DNA of 64,000 bases, taken from the NCBI GenBank assembly GCA_041661505.1, contig JBAZUF010000001.1:47144-111143 (forward strand), written 5' to 3'. Below, in pieces: positions 1 through 9,656 of the stretch (position 1 is the stretch's first letter; every line of letters begins with the position of its first letter). The notes under the pieces were generated by a model, which saw nothing but the letters and a program-made list of their open reading frames with translations, was not told where the DNA came from and did not search any database. The stretch comes from Patescibacteria group bacterium. GTDB lineage: Bacteria; Patescibacteriota; Patescibacteriia; Patescibacteriales; JBAZCA01. Both the position numbers and the translations under genes were made by a program.

Positions 1-1234
1 TAAAAAAAATTGCGAACTCCGGAATATCAGATGCGATATCAATGAACTCCTTTTTTTGGATGAAAAAAGACGCAAGCTCCTTAAGCAGTCCGAGGATTTA
101 AGCGCGGAAAAAAATAAGCTGAATGAACTAATCCAAAAAGCGTCAAAAGAGGAAAAGAAAAAACTTATAGAAAAAGGGAAAGAAGTGAAAGAAGAGCTGG
201 AAAAAAATAAGCCGGAACTGGAGTCGGCTGAAGAAGAGTACCGGAGTTTACTTTTACAGGTTCCGAACATGACTCATCCAGCTTCGCCAACCGGCAAGGA
301 TGATAATGAAAACAAAGAAATCGAAAGATACGGCGAACCGCCTAAATTCGATTTTGAACCCAAGGGCCACGAAGAGCTGATGACCGCGCTGGATTTATTG
401 GATTTTGAGCGCGGCGCCAAAGTAACCGGCTCTAAATTTTACTTTTTGAAAAACGAAGCCGTGCTTTTAGAATTGGCTCTAACCCAATTTGCTTTTGAAA
501 AACTGATCGCCAAAGGCTTTACGCCTTTTGCCACGCCTGATTTAGCAAAAGACAAAGTGCTTTTAGGCATCGGCTATAACCCGCGCGGCGCCGAAACCCA
601 GATTTATTCGGTTGAAAATACCGATTTAAACCTCGTCGGTACAGCGGAAATCACCATGGGCGGGTACCACATGGACGAAGTTATTCATGAAGACAAACTG
701 CCTCTAAAATACGCCGCGCTTTCCCATTGCTACCGCACCGAAGCCGGCTCTTACGGCCGCCATAGTTCCGGACTTTACCGCGTGCACCAATTTACGAAAA
801 TTGAAATGTTCGCTTACACCGCCCCGGAAGACTCGGAAAGAATGCACACTGAATTAAAAGACATTGAAGTGGAAATTTTTAAGGACTTGGGCGTGCCTTT
901 CCGGGTGGTGGATATTTGTACCGGCGACTTAGGCGGTCCGGCTTACCGGAAATACGACCTTGAAGCCTGGATGACTTCCCGGGACGACTGGGGGGAAATC
1001 ACGTCCACCTCCGACACTACTACTTACCAGGCCCGGCGCTTAAACGTAAAAGTTGAACGCAAAGACGGGACTAAAGAGTTTTTACACATGCTAAACGGAA
1101 CAGCCATCGCGATTTCCCGGGGATTGATTGCCATAATCGAAAATTATCAAAATGCCGACGGCTCGATCGTCATTCCCGAAGTGCTTCGGAAATATTTTCC
1201 CAAAGGCCAGACAAAAATCGTTAAAAAAACATAA
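1..1234 (+). CDS. serS: seryl-tRNA synthetase, 5' partial (frame open to window edge; TTG at 56 is the first in-window start)
   Basis: N-terminal coiled-coil arm followed by a class II aaRS catalytic core (HCYRTEAGSYGRHSSGLYRVHQF, NGTAIAISR); no stop codon in frame back to nt 2. Confidence 0.9.
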   Translation, partial: KKNCELRNIRCDINELLFLDEKRRKLLKQSEDLSAEKNKLNELIQKASKEEKKKLIEKGKEVKEELEKNKPELESAEEEYRSLLLQVPNMTHPASPTGKDDNENKEIERYGEPPKFDFEPKGHEELMTALDLLDFERGAKVTGSKFYFLKNEAVLLELALTQFAFEKLIAKGFTPFATPDLAKDKVLLGIGYNPRGAETQIYSVENTDLNLVGTAEITMGGYHMDEVIHEDKLPLKYAALSHCYRTEAGSYGRHSSGLYRVHQFTKIEMFAYTAPEDSERMHTELKDIEVEIFKDLGVPFRVVDICTGDLGGPAYRKYDLEAWMTSRDDWGEITSTSDTTTYQARRLNVKVERKDGTKEFLHMLNGTAIAISRGLIAIIENYQNADGSIVIPEVLRKYFPKGQTKIVKKT

Positions 1235-1285
1235 CAATCTTAATTCTTTACCGGCTTTCGCTGATAAAATTTTTGTTTTACTCTT

Positions 1286-1501
1286 ATGCCTATTAAAATT
1301 GATTATTCGAAATGCTGCTGGAAAGATGGCAAATGCACTTCGAGCTGTTCCTGCGGCGGCGGCGCTTGCGCGGGATGCGTTGAAGTTTGCCCCGTTAACG
1401 CGGTTAAACGCGAGGATGTCGTAAAAATTGACGCGGCAATTTGTATTAACTGCGGCGCTTGCGTCGCTTCGTGCAAACACGAAGCTTTGTCCATGGAATA
1501 A
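1286..1501 (+). CDS. small 2x[4Fe-4S] ferredoxin
   Basis: 71 aa with two Cys clusters (CxxCxxC...CP and CINCGACVASC). Confidence 0.7.
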   Translation: MPIKIDYSKCCWKDGKCTSSCSCGGGACAGCVEVCPVNAVKREDVVKIDAAICINCGACVASCKHEALSME

Positions 1502-1507
1502 ATCTTT

Positions 1508-2638
1508 ATGAAGCGAATATTGTTTTCAGGCGGCGGTACAGCGGGCTCGGTAAGTCCGCTTTTGGCTATTGTAGATGAAATTAAATCCCGGTCAGCGGAT
1601 ATCGTGCATCAGCCTGCTGGCCAGCCGGTTAATGATTTCGAATTTTTATGGATCGGCACGAGGCAGGGGATTGAAAGGGGTATGGTGGAAAAAGAAGGTA
1701 TTGCGTTCAAGTCCATTTTTTCCGGGAAACTGCGCCGATATTTTAGCTGGAAAAATTTTACGGACATTGCATTGCTTAAGCTCGGTTTTTGGCAATCTTT
1801 TTTTATTATGCTTAAATGGCGGCCGGATTTAGTAATTTCCGCCGGCGGATTTGTTAGCGTTCCGGTTGTTTGGGCCGCCTGGCTTTTGCGCGTCCCGTGC
1901 CTTATCCATCAGCAGGACGTCCGCCCCGGACTGGCAAATAAACTAATGGCGCCTTTTGCCAAAGTTATTACCGTAACTTTTGAAAAATCATTGGAAGATT
2001 ACGGAAAAAAAGCTGTCTGGACCGGCAATCCGGTTAGAAAACGGATGACCGCATTGCCTGATGCTCATTTCTTCCAGCTAAAGACAGGTCTGCCAACCCT
2101 CTTAATCGTCGGCGGCGGAACCGGCGCCATGTTTATAAACAGATTAGTCGCTGATTGCATCCATGACTTATTAAAATTAAGCCAGGTGATTCATGTTACC
2201 GGAAAAAATAAATCCGCACACAGTGCGGCGCCGAACGACGCGGCATCACGGCCGCAGCAACTCATTGAAAACTACCATTCTTTCGAATTTTTAAACGTTG
2301 ACCAGTTTTCCGAAGCTATGCAAAAAGCCGACCTGGTCGTTACCCGCGCCGGACTCGCTACCTTAAGCGAGCTTAGTTTTTTAGGGAAACCCATTATTAT
2401 TATTCCTATCCCTGGTTCGCACCAGGAAGAAAACGCGCGTATTTTCGCCGGACATGGCGCCGCCGTAGCATTAGCACAAAAAAACTTAACCGCTGAAAAA
2501 TTTATTAAGCAAATTAAAAATATCCTATCTGACCCATCAAAAATGTTTCATCTAAAAAATAATATTTCGCAGATTATCAGGTCGCATGCAAACAAAATGG
2601 TGGCGAAAATTATTGATGAAATATTAGTAAATAACTAG
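1508..2638 (+). CDS. murG: undecaprenyldiphospho-muramoylpentapeptide beta-N-acetylglucosaminyltransferase
   Basis: N-terminal GGGTAGSVSPLLA glycine-rich loop and C-terminal RAGLATLSEL...PIPGSHQEENA, typical of MurG (GT28). Confidence 0.85.
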   Translation: MKRILFSGGGTAGSVSPLLAIVDEIKSRSADIVHQPAGQPVNDFEFLWIGTRQGIERGMVEKEGIAFKSIFSGKLRRYFSWKNFTDIALLKLGFWQSFFIMLKWRPDLVISAGGFVSVPVVWAAWLLRVPCLIHQQDVRPGLANKLMAPFAKVITVTFEKSLEDYGKKAVWTGNPVRKRMTALPDAHFFQLKTGLPTLLIVGGGTGAMFINRLVADCIHDLLKLSQVIHVTGKNKSAHSAAPNDAASRPQQLIENYHSFEFLNVDQFSEAMQKADLVVTRAGLATLSELSFLGKPIIIIPIPGSHQEENARIFAGHGAAVALAQKNLTAEKFIKQIKNILSDPSKMFHLKNNISQIIRSHANKMVAKIIDEILVNN

Positions 2639-2641
2639 TTT

Positions 2642-3115
2642 ATGCTAGACAACGACCAGAAAAAAATCATTAGCGATAAGTTGCCTTATGTTATTTACAC
2701 AACTTTATCAATTTATTTTAATTACGCGATTGTTAATGGGAAATCAGTAAAGCTACCTATTATTCTTTTGTCAGCATGCGCAATATATTGGTTAATGACA
2801 AACATTATTTTATACTTTAAGGATAACGTAAAAGCAATAATGAACAACCTATCAGAATCAATATCTGATATTATATTAAGTACAAGCATTTTGACTAAAA
2901 AAAATTCACGATTTATTTTTTTACTGCTTTTAACTCTTGTTATTTTTGATTTTTTTCTTTTTCCTTTACCCGAATTAAATAAAAATCAACAATTGCCAAG
3001 CGTTCAGCATAATTTTATTTTACTTATTCCAATTGCAATTTTTGCGCTTGGCTTTATTGCTCTGTATATCACTAAAGTGATGTTAATATTTTATTACAGA
3101 AAAAAAAGAAAATAA
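2642..3115 (+). CDS. hypothetical integral membrane protein
   Basis: 157 aa, several hydrophobic helices, start 4 nt after the murG stop. Confidence 0.45.
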   Translation: MLDNDQKKIISDKLPYVIYTTLSIYFNYAIVNGKSVKLPIILLSACAIYWLMTNIILYFKDNVKAIMNNLSESISDIILSTSILTKKNSRFIFLLLLTLVIFDFFLFPLPELNKNQQLPSVQHNFILLIPIAIFALGFIALYITKVMLIFYYRKKRK

Positions 3116-3117
3116 AT

Positions 3118-4440
3118 ATGCTCGCAATCAAAGGAAAATACGTTTTGCCGATTAATGAATCAATGGATATTACTGAAGACGGTATTGTTATAGTAGAAGG
3201 CAATAAAATTAAAGCTGTCGGCAAAAGGGAAGAGCTGGAGGCGCAATTAGAGGCTGCACATGATAACCAGCATGAAATCGAAGTAATTGACGCTGGAAAT
3301 AGTATTGTCATGCCCGGACTCATAAACACCCATACGCACGCGGCCATGGCTTATTTTCGCGGGCTGGCTGACGACCTTCCGCTGGACATCTGGCTCGGCG
3401 AGCATATCTGGCCGGCCGAAAATAAGCACTTAAGCCCGGAATTCGTAAAACAGTCCGGCGAATTGGCGATACTCGAAATGATAAAATCCGGCACAACTTT
3501 TTTTAACGACATGTATTTATTCGAAGACGTACTTGGAAAGGCAGCCGAAGAAGCCGGGATTAGGGCTATGATCGGCAGCGTGATTTTTAATTTTCCCTGC
3601 GCCTCGTCAAAATCCCCGGAAGACACGCTTAATCAGGCCTTGGAGCAAATGGAAATGTTCAAAGGCAGTGAACTGATAACCGTCGCCCTTGATCCGCACG
3701 CGATCTACACTTGCGCCGGGAACATCTTAAAGAAAATCAATGAAATTTCCAAAGAAATGAATGCCGCAATCCATATACATTTGTCGGAAACAGAAAAGGA
3801 GGTCGAGGACTCTAAAAAAGAGCACGGGAAAACGCCGGTTGAATATTTAAATGAGCTAGGATTATTATCGCCAAGATTAATAATCGCCCACGCGGTTTGG
3901 CTTTCGGATAACGACCTGGAACTGCTCGCGAGAAATAACGTTAAAGTCGCCCATTGCCCGGTTTCCAATAAAAAGCTCGCTTCCGGCGTCGCGCCAATTT
4001 CTAAGATGCTTAAAAAAGGAATTACCGTTGGTCTGGGAACGGATGGAGCGGCCTCCAATAACACATTAGACATGTTTTCTGATATGCGGATTACCGCGCT
4101 TTTGCATAAAGTCAGTAATATGGATCCGACGGTAATATCTGCCAGGGAAGCGGTAAAAATGGCAACCATCGACGGCGCCCGGGTTTTGGGATTGGATCAA
4201 AAAACCGGATCCTTAGAACCCGGTAAGCTTGCTGACATTATTACTATCAATTTGGATAAGCCGCACTTACAGCCGATAACCGATCCTTATTCACATCTGG
4301 TTTACTGCGTGAACGGCGCTGACGTTGAAAACGCTATCATCAACGGAAAAATCGTAATGCAGGGCCGGAAAGTAATAACCTTGGATGAAGAGAGAATTAT
4401 TGAAGCCGCCAAAGCTTTCAGCTATTCAGCCGAAAACTAA
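3118..4440 (+). CDS. amidohydrolase-family deaminase (MTA/SAH deaminase-like)
   Basis: GLINTHTHAAMAYFRG metal-binding motif and conserved HxH, H and D positions of the amidohydrolase superfamily; 440 aa. Confidence 0.8.
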   Translation: MLAIKGKYVLPINESMDITEDGIVIVEGNKIKAVGKREELEAQLEAAHDNQHEIEVIDAGNSIVMPGLINTHTHAAMAYFRGLADDLPLDIWLGEHIWPAENKHLSPEFVKQSGELAILEMIKSGTTFFNDMYLFEDVLGKAAEEAGIRAMIGSVIFNFPCASSKSPEDTLNQALEQMEMFKGSELITVALDPHAIYTCAGNILKKINEISKEMNAAIHIHLSETEKEVEDSKKEHGKTPVEYLNELGLLSPRLIIAHAVWLSDNDLELLARNNVKVAHCPVSNKKLASGVAPISKMLKKGITVGLGTDGAASNNTLDMFSDMRITALLHKVSNMDPTVISAREAVKMATIDGARVLGLDQKTGSLEPGKLADIITINLDKPHLQPITDPYSHLVYCVNGADVENAIINGKIVMQGRKVITLDEERIIEAAKAFSYSAEN

Positions 4441-4509
4441 TCTTTGATATAATGCAGGTGAATCATCTGCCGCTGGCCGGAAAAACTAATTATTAATTAC
4501 TAACCGCCT

Positions 4510-5601
4510 TTGACGGCGGACGGAAAAAGTATGGAAAAAATCATTGGTTTAATAAAATCCAGTTTTCCTGATCAGCATTACCTTCTCTTCTTGATCGGCG
4601 TGATGGTTATCGCCGGAGTCTTAAAGGAAAAAAATTATTTATTGGATATTTTCCGGATCATAATCAGCCGGCTGAAAAATAAAAAAATGGTACTGGCTTT
4701 GATATCCCTTATCGGCGGCATACTGCCGATTAGCGGACGGGTAGTCGTATCGGCTGGCCTTCTCTCCACCATCGCCCCAAAAGGAGAAACGGCGCGGGAC
4801 GAAACGGCGCGGCAAAAATACGGCATTATCGATTATCTTTCCACCCACCACTATTATTTATGGTCGCCTTTGGAAAAAACCGTAATTCTTCCTATGGCGG
4901 CGCTGGGATTAAGCTGGGCCGGATTTATGAAATATACTTTGCCGCTTTTGGTAATCAGCCTGGCCTACGTATTATGGTATATATCTTTTAAAATCGAAGA
5001 GGATGAAATAGAGATTGCCGTGAGCCCGGAAAAGGTTAACTGGAAGCGCCTTGTTTACGGCTTTCTCCCTTTTGCCGGCGCCGTCGCTTCGGCTTTTTTC
5101 TTTGAAAGAGGCTCTTCGTTTATTATGCTGGGTGCGGCCGCCTATTACATCTTTTTAAGCCGGACTTCTTTTAAGAAAGCTTTTTCCTATATCAACTGGC
5201 CATTGGTATTGCTCCTCGGCCTAATTATAGTACTGGCTAAATTCACCGGCGGGTACAGTAAAGAAATTGAAGAATTTATTAAAAGTTCAAGCTGGTTAAA
5301 TCTTACAACCGTTACCGGCGTCCTGGCCCTATCGTCTTTTGCTTTTATCGCCAGCTGGTTTATGGGATCTTCGGGAAAATTTGCCGGAATTTTAGCTATC
5401 CTCGTTACAATTTTCGGCCCCCAGTACCTTGTCTGGTTTTTTGTCCTTGAGTTTGCCGGCTACAATTTATCGCCAATGCATAAGTGCGTGCCTATCGGAA
5501 AATCGTATTTCCATACCCCCTTGGCGACTTACATGACCGTGCTCACAACCTGGATGCTTCTTCTTTTAGGTTATGCTTACTTCTATACTTTTGTCCTCTG
5601 A
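4510..5601 (+). CDS. polytopic integral membrane protein (unknown function)
   Basis: 363 aa with about 10 predicted TM helices. Confidence 0.55.
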   Translation: MTADGKSMEKIIGLIKSSFPDQHYLLFLIGVMVIAGVLKEKNYLLDIFRIIISRLKNKKMVLALISLIGGILPISGRVVVSAGLLSTIAPKGETARDETARQKYGIIDYLSTHHYYLWSPLEKTVILPMAALGLSWAGFMKYTLPLLVISLAYVLWYISFKIEEDEIEIAVSPEKVNWKRLVYGFLPFAGAVASAFFFERGSSFIMLGAAAYYIFLSRTSFKKAFSYINWPLVLLLGLIIVLAKFTGGYSKEIEEFIKSSSWLNLTTVTGVLALSSFAFIASWFMGSSGKFAGILAILVTIFGPQYLVWFFVLEFAGYNLSPMHKCVPIGKSYFHTPLATYMTVLTTWMLLLLGYAYFYTFVL

Positions 5602-5605
5602 TTAT

Positions 5606-6808
5606 TTATTTTTTAAAAGCGCAGGAGACTAGGGAAAATTCCGGACAGCCGCCGAGGCAGTCATTATTCGTCCGGCAAGACGCGCAAGCCGGGTCGTTTT
5701 GTATTCTAGCTGTAAATCCGTCGCGCCAGGCTTTGGCTTTTTCTCCTTGCCAGGCCTCATGGATTGAAATATTGGAAAAATTCCCCAAGACCCGGCTGGA
5801 AAAACTGCAGGGAACAATATCCAGATTGGCGTTTATAGCCAGGCTGGTTCTCAAGGCGCTGCAACCCTCAATCGCGATCCCTTTGGCCGCCCCCAGGCCT
5901 TGCAGGGCGTTTCCAAGACAGCAGTCGTAGCCGAACCTTGTTGTCCCGCTTGATTGCGAAAGTGCTTCTTTTAAAATTTCCTCCACCTTTAAAAAATCTT
6001 CATTTTTCAAGGGAGCGTCAAAACTTTTCGCCCGGCCAACCGGTTTGTAGGTTAAAAGTACGATCCCGTAAGGCTTAAGGCCAAGGCAAAATTTAATAAT
6101 TTCCGGCAGCTTATAAAGGTTTGTCTGGCTTACGGTAAGCTGGAATACGACTTTAACTTTAGCTTTTTTTAAAAGCCAATAAGTCCGCAAAAACCGGCTA
6201 AAGGAAAAATTGCGCCGCCGGGAAAAATCATCTTCTATCCCTTCCAGGCTCAAGGCCGCGGCCCCGGCGTATTTTGAGATGGCGGCGATATTTAAAATTC
6301 CCGGCGAGAATCCGTTGGCTGCCAGGTTGGGGACAATCCCTTTGGCCCTGGCCGCTTTTAAAATTTTTCTAAAATCCGGATGCAGAGTCGGCTCGCCCCC
6401 GCCTAAGGCAATTTCCAAAACTCCCAATTCCGCGCATTGGCCGAGTATTTTTTCTATGTCTTTAAATGGAAGATGATAGCCGCCCGCCCCGGCATTGGCG
6501 TAGCAGTGAGGGCAATTCAAATTGCATTTAGTCGTAATCTGCAAATCAACCAGCGCGGGAGAGTTAAAAACCGTAAAGGGGTAATCCGGGATTTTCGAAT
6601 CAATACTTTTTTTTAAATATTTATCGCCGGTTTTATATTGGAGTTTTAGAAGCGTTTGGCTTAAGAATTTTTTTTCTTCCGGGCTGACCGGTTTTTTTTC
6701 GAGCCATTTTTCCAGAGCCATTTTTCCCTCGTTATCGATATTTATCTGAATCCCGGCGGAGTTATTAAAAATAACCGCTCCGGATTTCTCATTTCGCATG
6801 ATTAGCAT
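5606..6808 (-). CDS. radical SAM enzyme with C-terminal SPASM/twitch domain and an approx. 90-aa N-terminal extension
   Basis: CNLNCPHC (CxxxCxxC) rSAM cluster and a Cys-rich C-terminus (CCLGN...EGCS...PCS...CASC...CLGGCPE); N-terminal extension could be a peptide-recognition domain. Confidence 0.8.
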   Translation of the reverse strand: MLIMRNEKSGAVIFNNSAGIQINIDNEGKMALEKWLEKKPVSPEEKKFLSQTLLKLQYKTGDKYLKKSIDSKIPDYPFTVFNSPALVDLQITTKCNLNCPHCYANAGAGGYHLPFKDIEKILGQCAELGVLEIALGGGEPTLHPDFRKILKAARAKGIVPNLAANGFSPGILNIAAISKYAGAAALSLEGIEDDFSRRRNFSFSRFLRTYWLLKKAKVKVVFQLTVSQTNLYKLPEIIKFCLGLKPYGIVLLTYKPVGRAKSFDAPLKNEDFLKVEEILKEALSQSSGTTRFGYDCCLGNALQGLGAAKGIAIEGCSALRTSLAINANLDIVPCSFSSRVLGNFSNISIHEAWQGEKAKAWRDGFTARIQNDPACASCRTNNDCLGGCPEFSLVSCAFKK

Positions 6809-7106
6809 GTTTATTATTTTTATGTTTCCCGGATTTTTTTATTTTAATTTTTTCCCGCCGGTAGGAAATAAGCTCCTTTATAAGAAAAAAAAGGGAAGCA
6901 ACGCCCAAAACCAGGCTCAATGTTAATATTGCCCAATCCGATCCTTTCATTTGCGGCGAGCCCGCTTGCTCCGGCGCCGCGGCCAGAGTGCTTGATGCTT
7001 CGGTGGCGGCGGCCGGAGTGGAAGAGGCAAATAGCCCGCCGGGGAACCACTCGTAGCTTCCGGATGAATTAGTGGTAAAGCCGTTTTTAATCTTCAGTAT
7101 TTTCAC
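6789..7106 (-). CDS. small membrane-anchored protein (GTG start); overlaps the rSAM start by 20 nt
   Basis: 105-aa ORF with a low-complexity Ala/Ser/Thr region, one TM helix and a Lys/His-rich tail; an internal Met would give a 52-aa version; weak RBS. Confidence 0.35.
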   Translation of the reverse strand: MKILKIKNGFTTNSSGSYEWFPGGLFASSTPAAATEASSTLAAAPEQAGSPQMKGSDWAILTLSLVLGVASLFFLIKELISYRREKIKIKKSGKHKNNKHANHAK

Positions 7107-7170
7107 AACGCGCCAATATTTAATTAATGTGTTTTTCGTGATAATATAATAATATCATTAAATAGAACTT

Positions 7171-8331
7171 ATGCAAAAAATTTCCCGGAATGTCCTGCTT
7201 TTGGGCCTGGTTAGCCTCTTAACCGACATCGGCTCGGAAATGGTTTATCCGCTTATCCCCGTAATTTTGTCGACCATGGCTTCGGCGCCTTTTGCCCTCG
7301 GCTTGATTGAAGGCGTTGCCGAAAGCACGGCCAGCCTCGCGAAATTTTATTTCGGTTATTTATCCGACAAAATCAAGAAAAGGAAAAGGTTTGCCGTTTT
7401 CGGCTATGGATTGTCTTTAGTCGGGCAGGCCGTCCTTGCCCTGGCCGGCAATTGGCCGCTGGTCCTGGCATCGCGCTTTATCAACCGCTTTGGCAAGGGA
7501 ATAAGGACCGCTCCCCGGGACGCCCTGATAAACGAAAGCGTGCCTAAAGAGAGGCTGGGGGCGGCTTTCGGCCTCCACCGGGCGATGGATACGGCCGGCG
7601 CTCTTATCGGCGTTCTTATCGCCTATTTTCTTATCGCCAAGTTTTCCTTTTCCGCCAGCCGAGCCATATATTTCTCATTAATCCCCTTATTGCTCGGCAT
7701 CGGCGCGCTTTCTTTGGTAAAAGAAAAACCAAAAGAGGAGGACGACAAAAAAATATTGCCCAGGCTGGCAATATCAATTTTTTCTAACCGCTTAAAATTT
7801 TTCTATCTTGTAAGCTTTATTTTCGCCCTGGGAAATTCGTCCAACCTCTTTCTCATCCTCCGTTCCTTAAATCTCGGGTTTAAGCCGGCAAGCGCGATAC
7901 TTCTTTACGGCTTATACAACCTTTTCCATGCCCTGTCCTCATATCCTTCGGGCCGGCTGGCTGACCGGCTGGGTTTCGAACGGGTATTGATGCTGGGCTA
8001 TTTCCTTTATGGGCTGGTTTACCTTTCTTTCTCCTTTGTCGACGGTAAAATTTTCACTATCCTATTATTCGCGGTTTACGGGCTTTACGCCGGTTTGACC
8101 GAAGGAGTGGAAAAAGCTTTTGTCGCCAATGAGGCTGGTCCGGAAAGGAAAGCTACGGCCCAAGGCGTCCACGCGACTATCGTCGGTTCTATGTTGTTTC
8201 CAGCTTCAATTTTGGCCGGCGCGGTCTGGCAATTTTTTGGGTTTACTTTCACCTTCTTATTCAGCGCTTCGCTCGCGTTCCTCTGCGCGATATTAATGAT
8301 CCGTTTAATGAAGATGAAAGCGCGAACTTAA
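7171..8331 (+). CDS. MFS transporter
   Basis: 386 aa, 12-TM topology, MFS signature-like GxxxDRxGRR-type loops (SDKIKKRKRF). Confidence 0.8.
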   Translation: MQKISRNVLLLGLVSLLTDIGSEMVYPLIPVILSTMASAPFALGLIEGVAESTASLAKFYFGYLSDKIKKRKRFAVFGYGLSLVGQAVLALAGNWPLVLASRFINRFGKGIRTAPRDALINESVPKERLGAAFGLHRAMDTAGALIGVLIAYFLIAKFSFSASRAIYFSLIPLLLGIGALSLVKEKPKEEDDKKILPRLAISIFSNRLKFFYLVSFIFALGNSSNLFLILRSLNLGFKPASAILLYGLYNLFHALSSYPSGRLADRLGFERVLMLGYFLYGLVYLSFSFVDGKIFTILLFAVYGLYAGLTEGVEKAFVANEAGPERKATAQGVHATIVGSMLFPASILAGAVWQFFGFTFTFLFSASLAFLCAILMIRLMKMKART

Positions 8332-8352
8332 AGCCCGCTGATAAAAAGGGGA

Positions 8353-8823
8353 TTACTCGGCGGAAAGAGCGCTGGCAAATTTTTTTATTTTATCTCCAAT
8401 ATCTTCCCTGGAAACTTCCAAAGTCTTAAAACTCAAAGTCGCGGCCGGCTTAACGCCGATAATTTCACCCATGCCGGAGAAAGCTTTTTCGTCGCCCGAA
8501 CCGCCCATGGTGCAAAAAAAAGCGGCTTTTTTTATCTGTCCCTTGTTTTTATTAAGGTACGACCGGATCGGGCTGGACATATCCCAGCCCCAAATCGGCG
8601 TGCCGACGATAACTAAATCGTAATCAGCCGGATTTTTCGCGAATTCAACCGGCGGCATGGCCTTTTGCATGGCTTCTTTGCCGGATAATAAATAGCCTAA
8701 AACCCCTTTTCTGTTTTTCGAATCTTTTATTTCATCGGTCTCGCAATTTAATTCTTGCGCTATCCTTTCGGCCGCTTTTTTAGTAATTCCGGTCCGGGAA
8801 TAATAAGCGATTAATGTTTTCAT
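8353..8823 (-). CDS. flavodoxin-like protein
   Basis: MKTLIAYYSRTGITKKAAE FMN-binding N-terminus; 156 aa. Confidence 0.75.
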   Translation of the reverse strand: MKTLIAYYSRTGITKKAAERIAQELNCETDEIKDSKNRKGVLGYLLSGKEAMQKAMPPVEFAKNPADYDLVIVGTPIWGWDMSSPIRSYLNKNKGQIKKAAFFCTMGGSGDEKAFSGMGEIIGVKPAATLSFKTLEVSREDIGDKIKKFASALSAE

Positions 8824-8866
8824 AATTTGTTGAATTAATTTTTAAATTCCTCAAACGCAATTAATC

Positions 8867-9580
8867 TTAATATTTTAACAGCTCTGATATTGTCGCGAAA
8901 ACATATCCTTTTTCTTTTAATCCGCTGATAATTTTCGGGAGGGCCTCTCTATCGGCCGCGCACTCTTTTTCACAAAATGGATGAAGTAAAATTATTGATC
9001 CCGGTTTCGCGTTTAGAAGGGTATTTTTAGTAATGAGTTCCGCGTTGCCGGAATAATTCGTATCCGGTTCAATGTCCCACATAATCGTTTTTATATTGTT
9101 TTCATTAAGATACCGCGGCAAACCCAATAATTTTTTTCCGTTTGGCGGGCGGAAGGTAATTTCACCCTGATAGCCGGAATCGCGGATAAGCTGGTTTGTT
9201 TTTTCTATTTCACTTTTAATGAATGCCTGGGATTTTAAGATCAAGCGCCGGTGCGAATAAGAATGGTTGCCCAGTTCGCTTCCTTGCCGGACAATTTCCT
9301 TGGCCTGATTGGGAAATTTTTCCAAAGATTGCCCAATGGCATAAAAAGTTGCCTGGACATTGTTTTCTCGCAATATTTTCAACACTTCATCCGTATATTC
9401 CGTAGGCGCGTCATCGAATGTTAAGGCCACTACTTTCTTGTCGGTATCTGCATGACTGGCAAGCCTTCCAAAAAACTGAAAAGTTCTTGACTTGCTAAGT
9501 TCAAAGAGACCGTAGGCGGTTATTGCCAGCACGGCCAAGACCAGCGCGCAAATTATATAAATTCTAATATTAATCTTCAT
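8867..9580 (-). CDS. polysaccharide deacetylase (NodB-type) with N-terminal membrane anchor
   Basis: VALTFDDAPTEYTDEVLKIL...ATFYAIGQ NodB motifs. Confidence 0.8.
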   Translation of the reverse strand: MKINIRIYIICALVLAVLAITAYGLFELSKSRTFQFFGRLASHADTDKKVVALTFDDAPTEYTDEVLKILRENNVQATFYAIGQSLEKFPNQAKEIVRQGSELGNHSYSHRRLILKSQAFIKSEIEKTNQLIRDSGYQGEITFRPPNGKKLLGLPRYLNENNIKTIMWDIEPDTNYSGNAELITKNTLLNAKPGSIILLHPFCEKECAADREALPKIISGLKEKGYVFATISELLKY

Positions 9581-9656
9581 TTATTTGGGCGATTTTGCAG
9601 AATAAACTACAGTTTTCTGTTCATGCTTCGTTTATTAGGCTCCACTCAAACTGCGT

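Noticed and set aside
5484-5930. ORF 5484-5930 (+) and other antisense ORFs (e.g. 1091-1480, 3705-4169, 15220-15624, 17177-17713, 26088-26417, 31354-31959, 49269-50006, 57721-58752)
   Set aside because: They overlap confidently identified genes on the opposite strand and show Phe/Ser/Leu-rich antisense composition with no RBS. They are artefacts of the low-GC genome.
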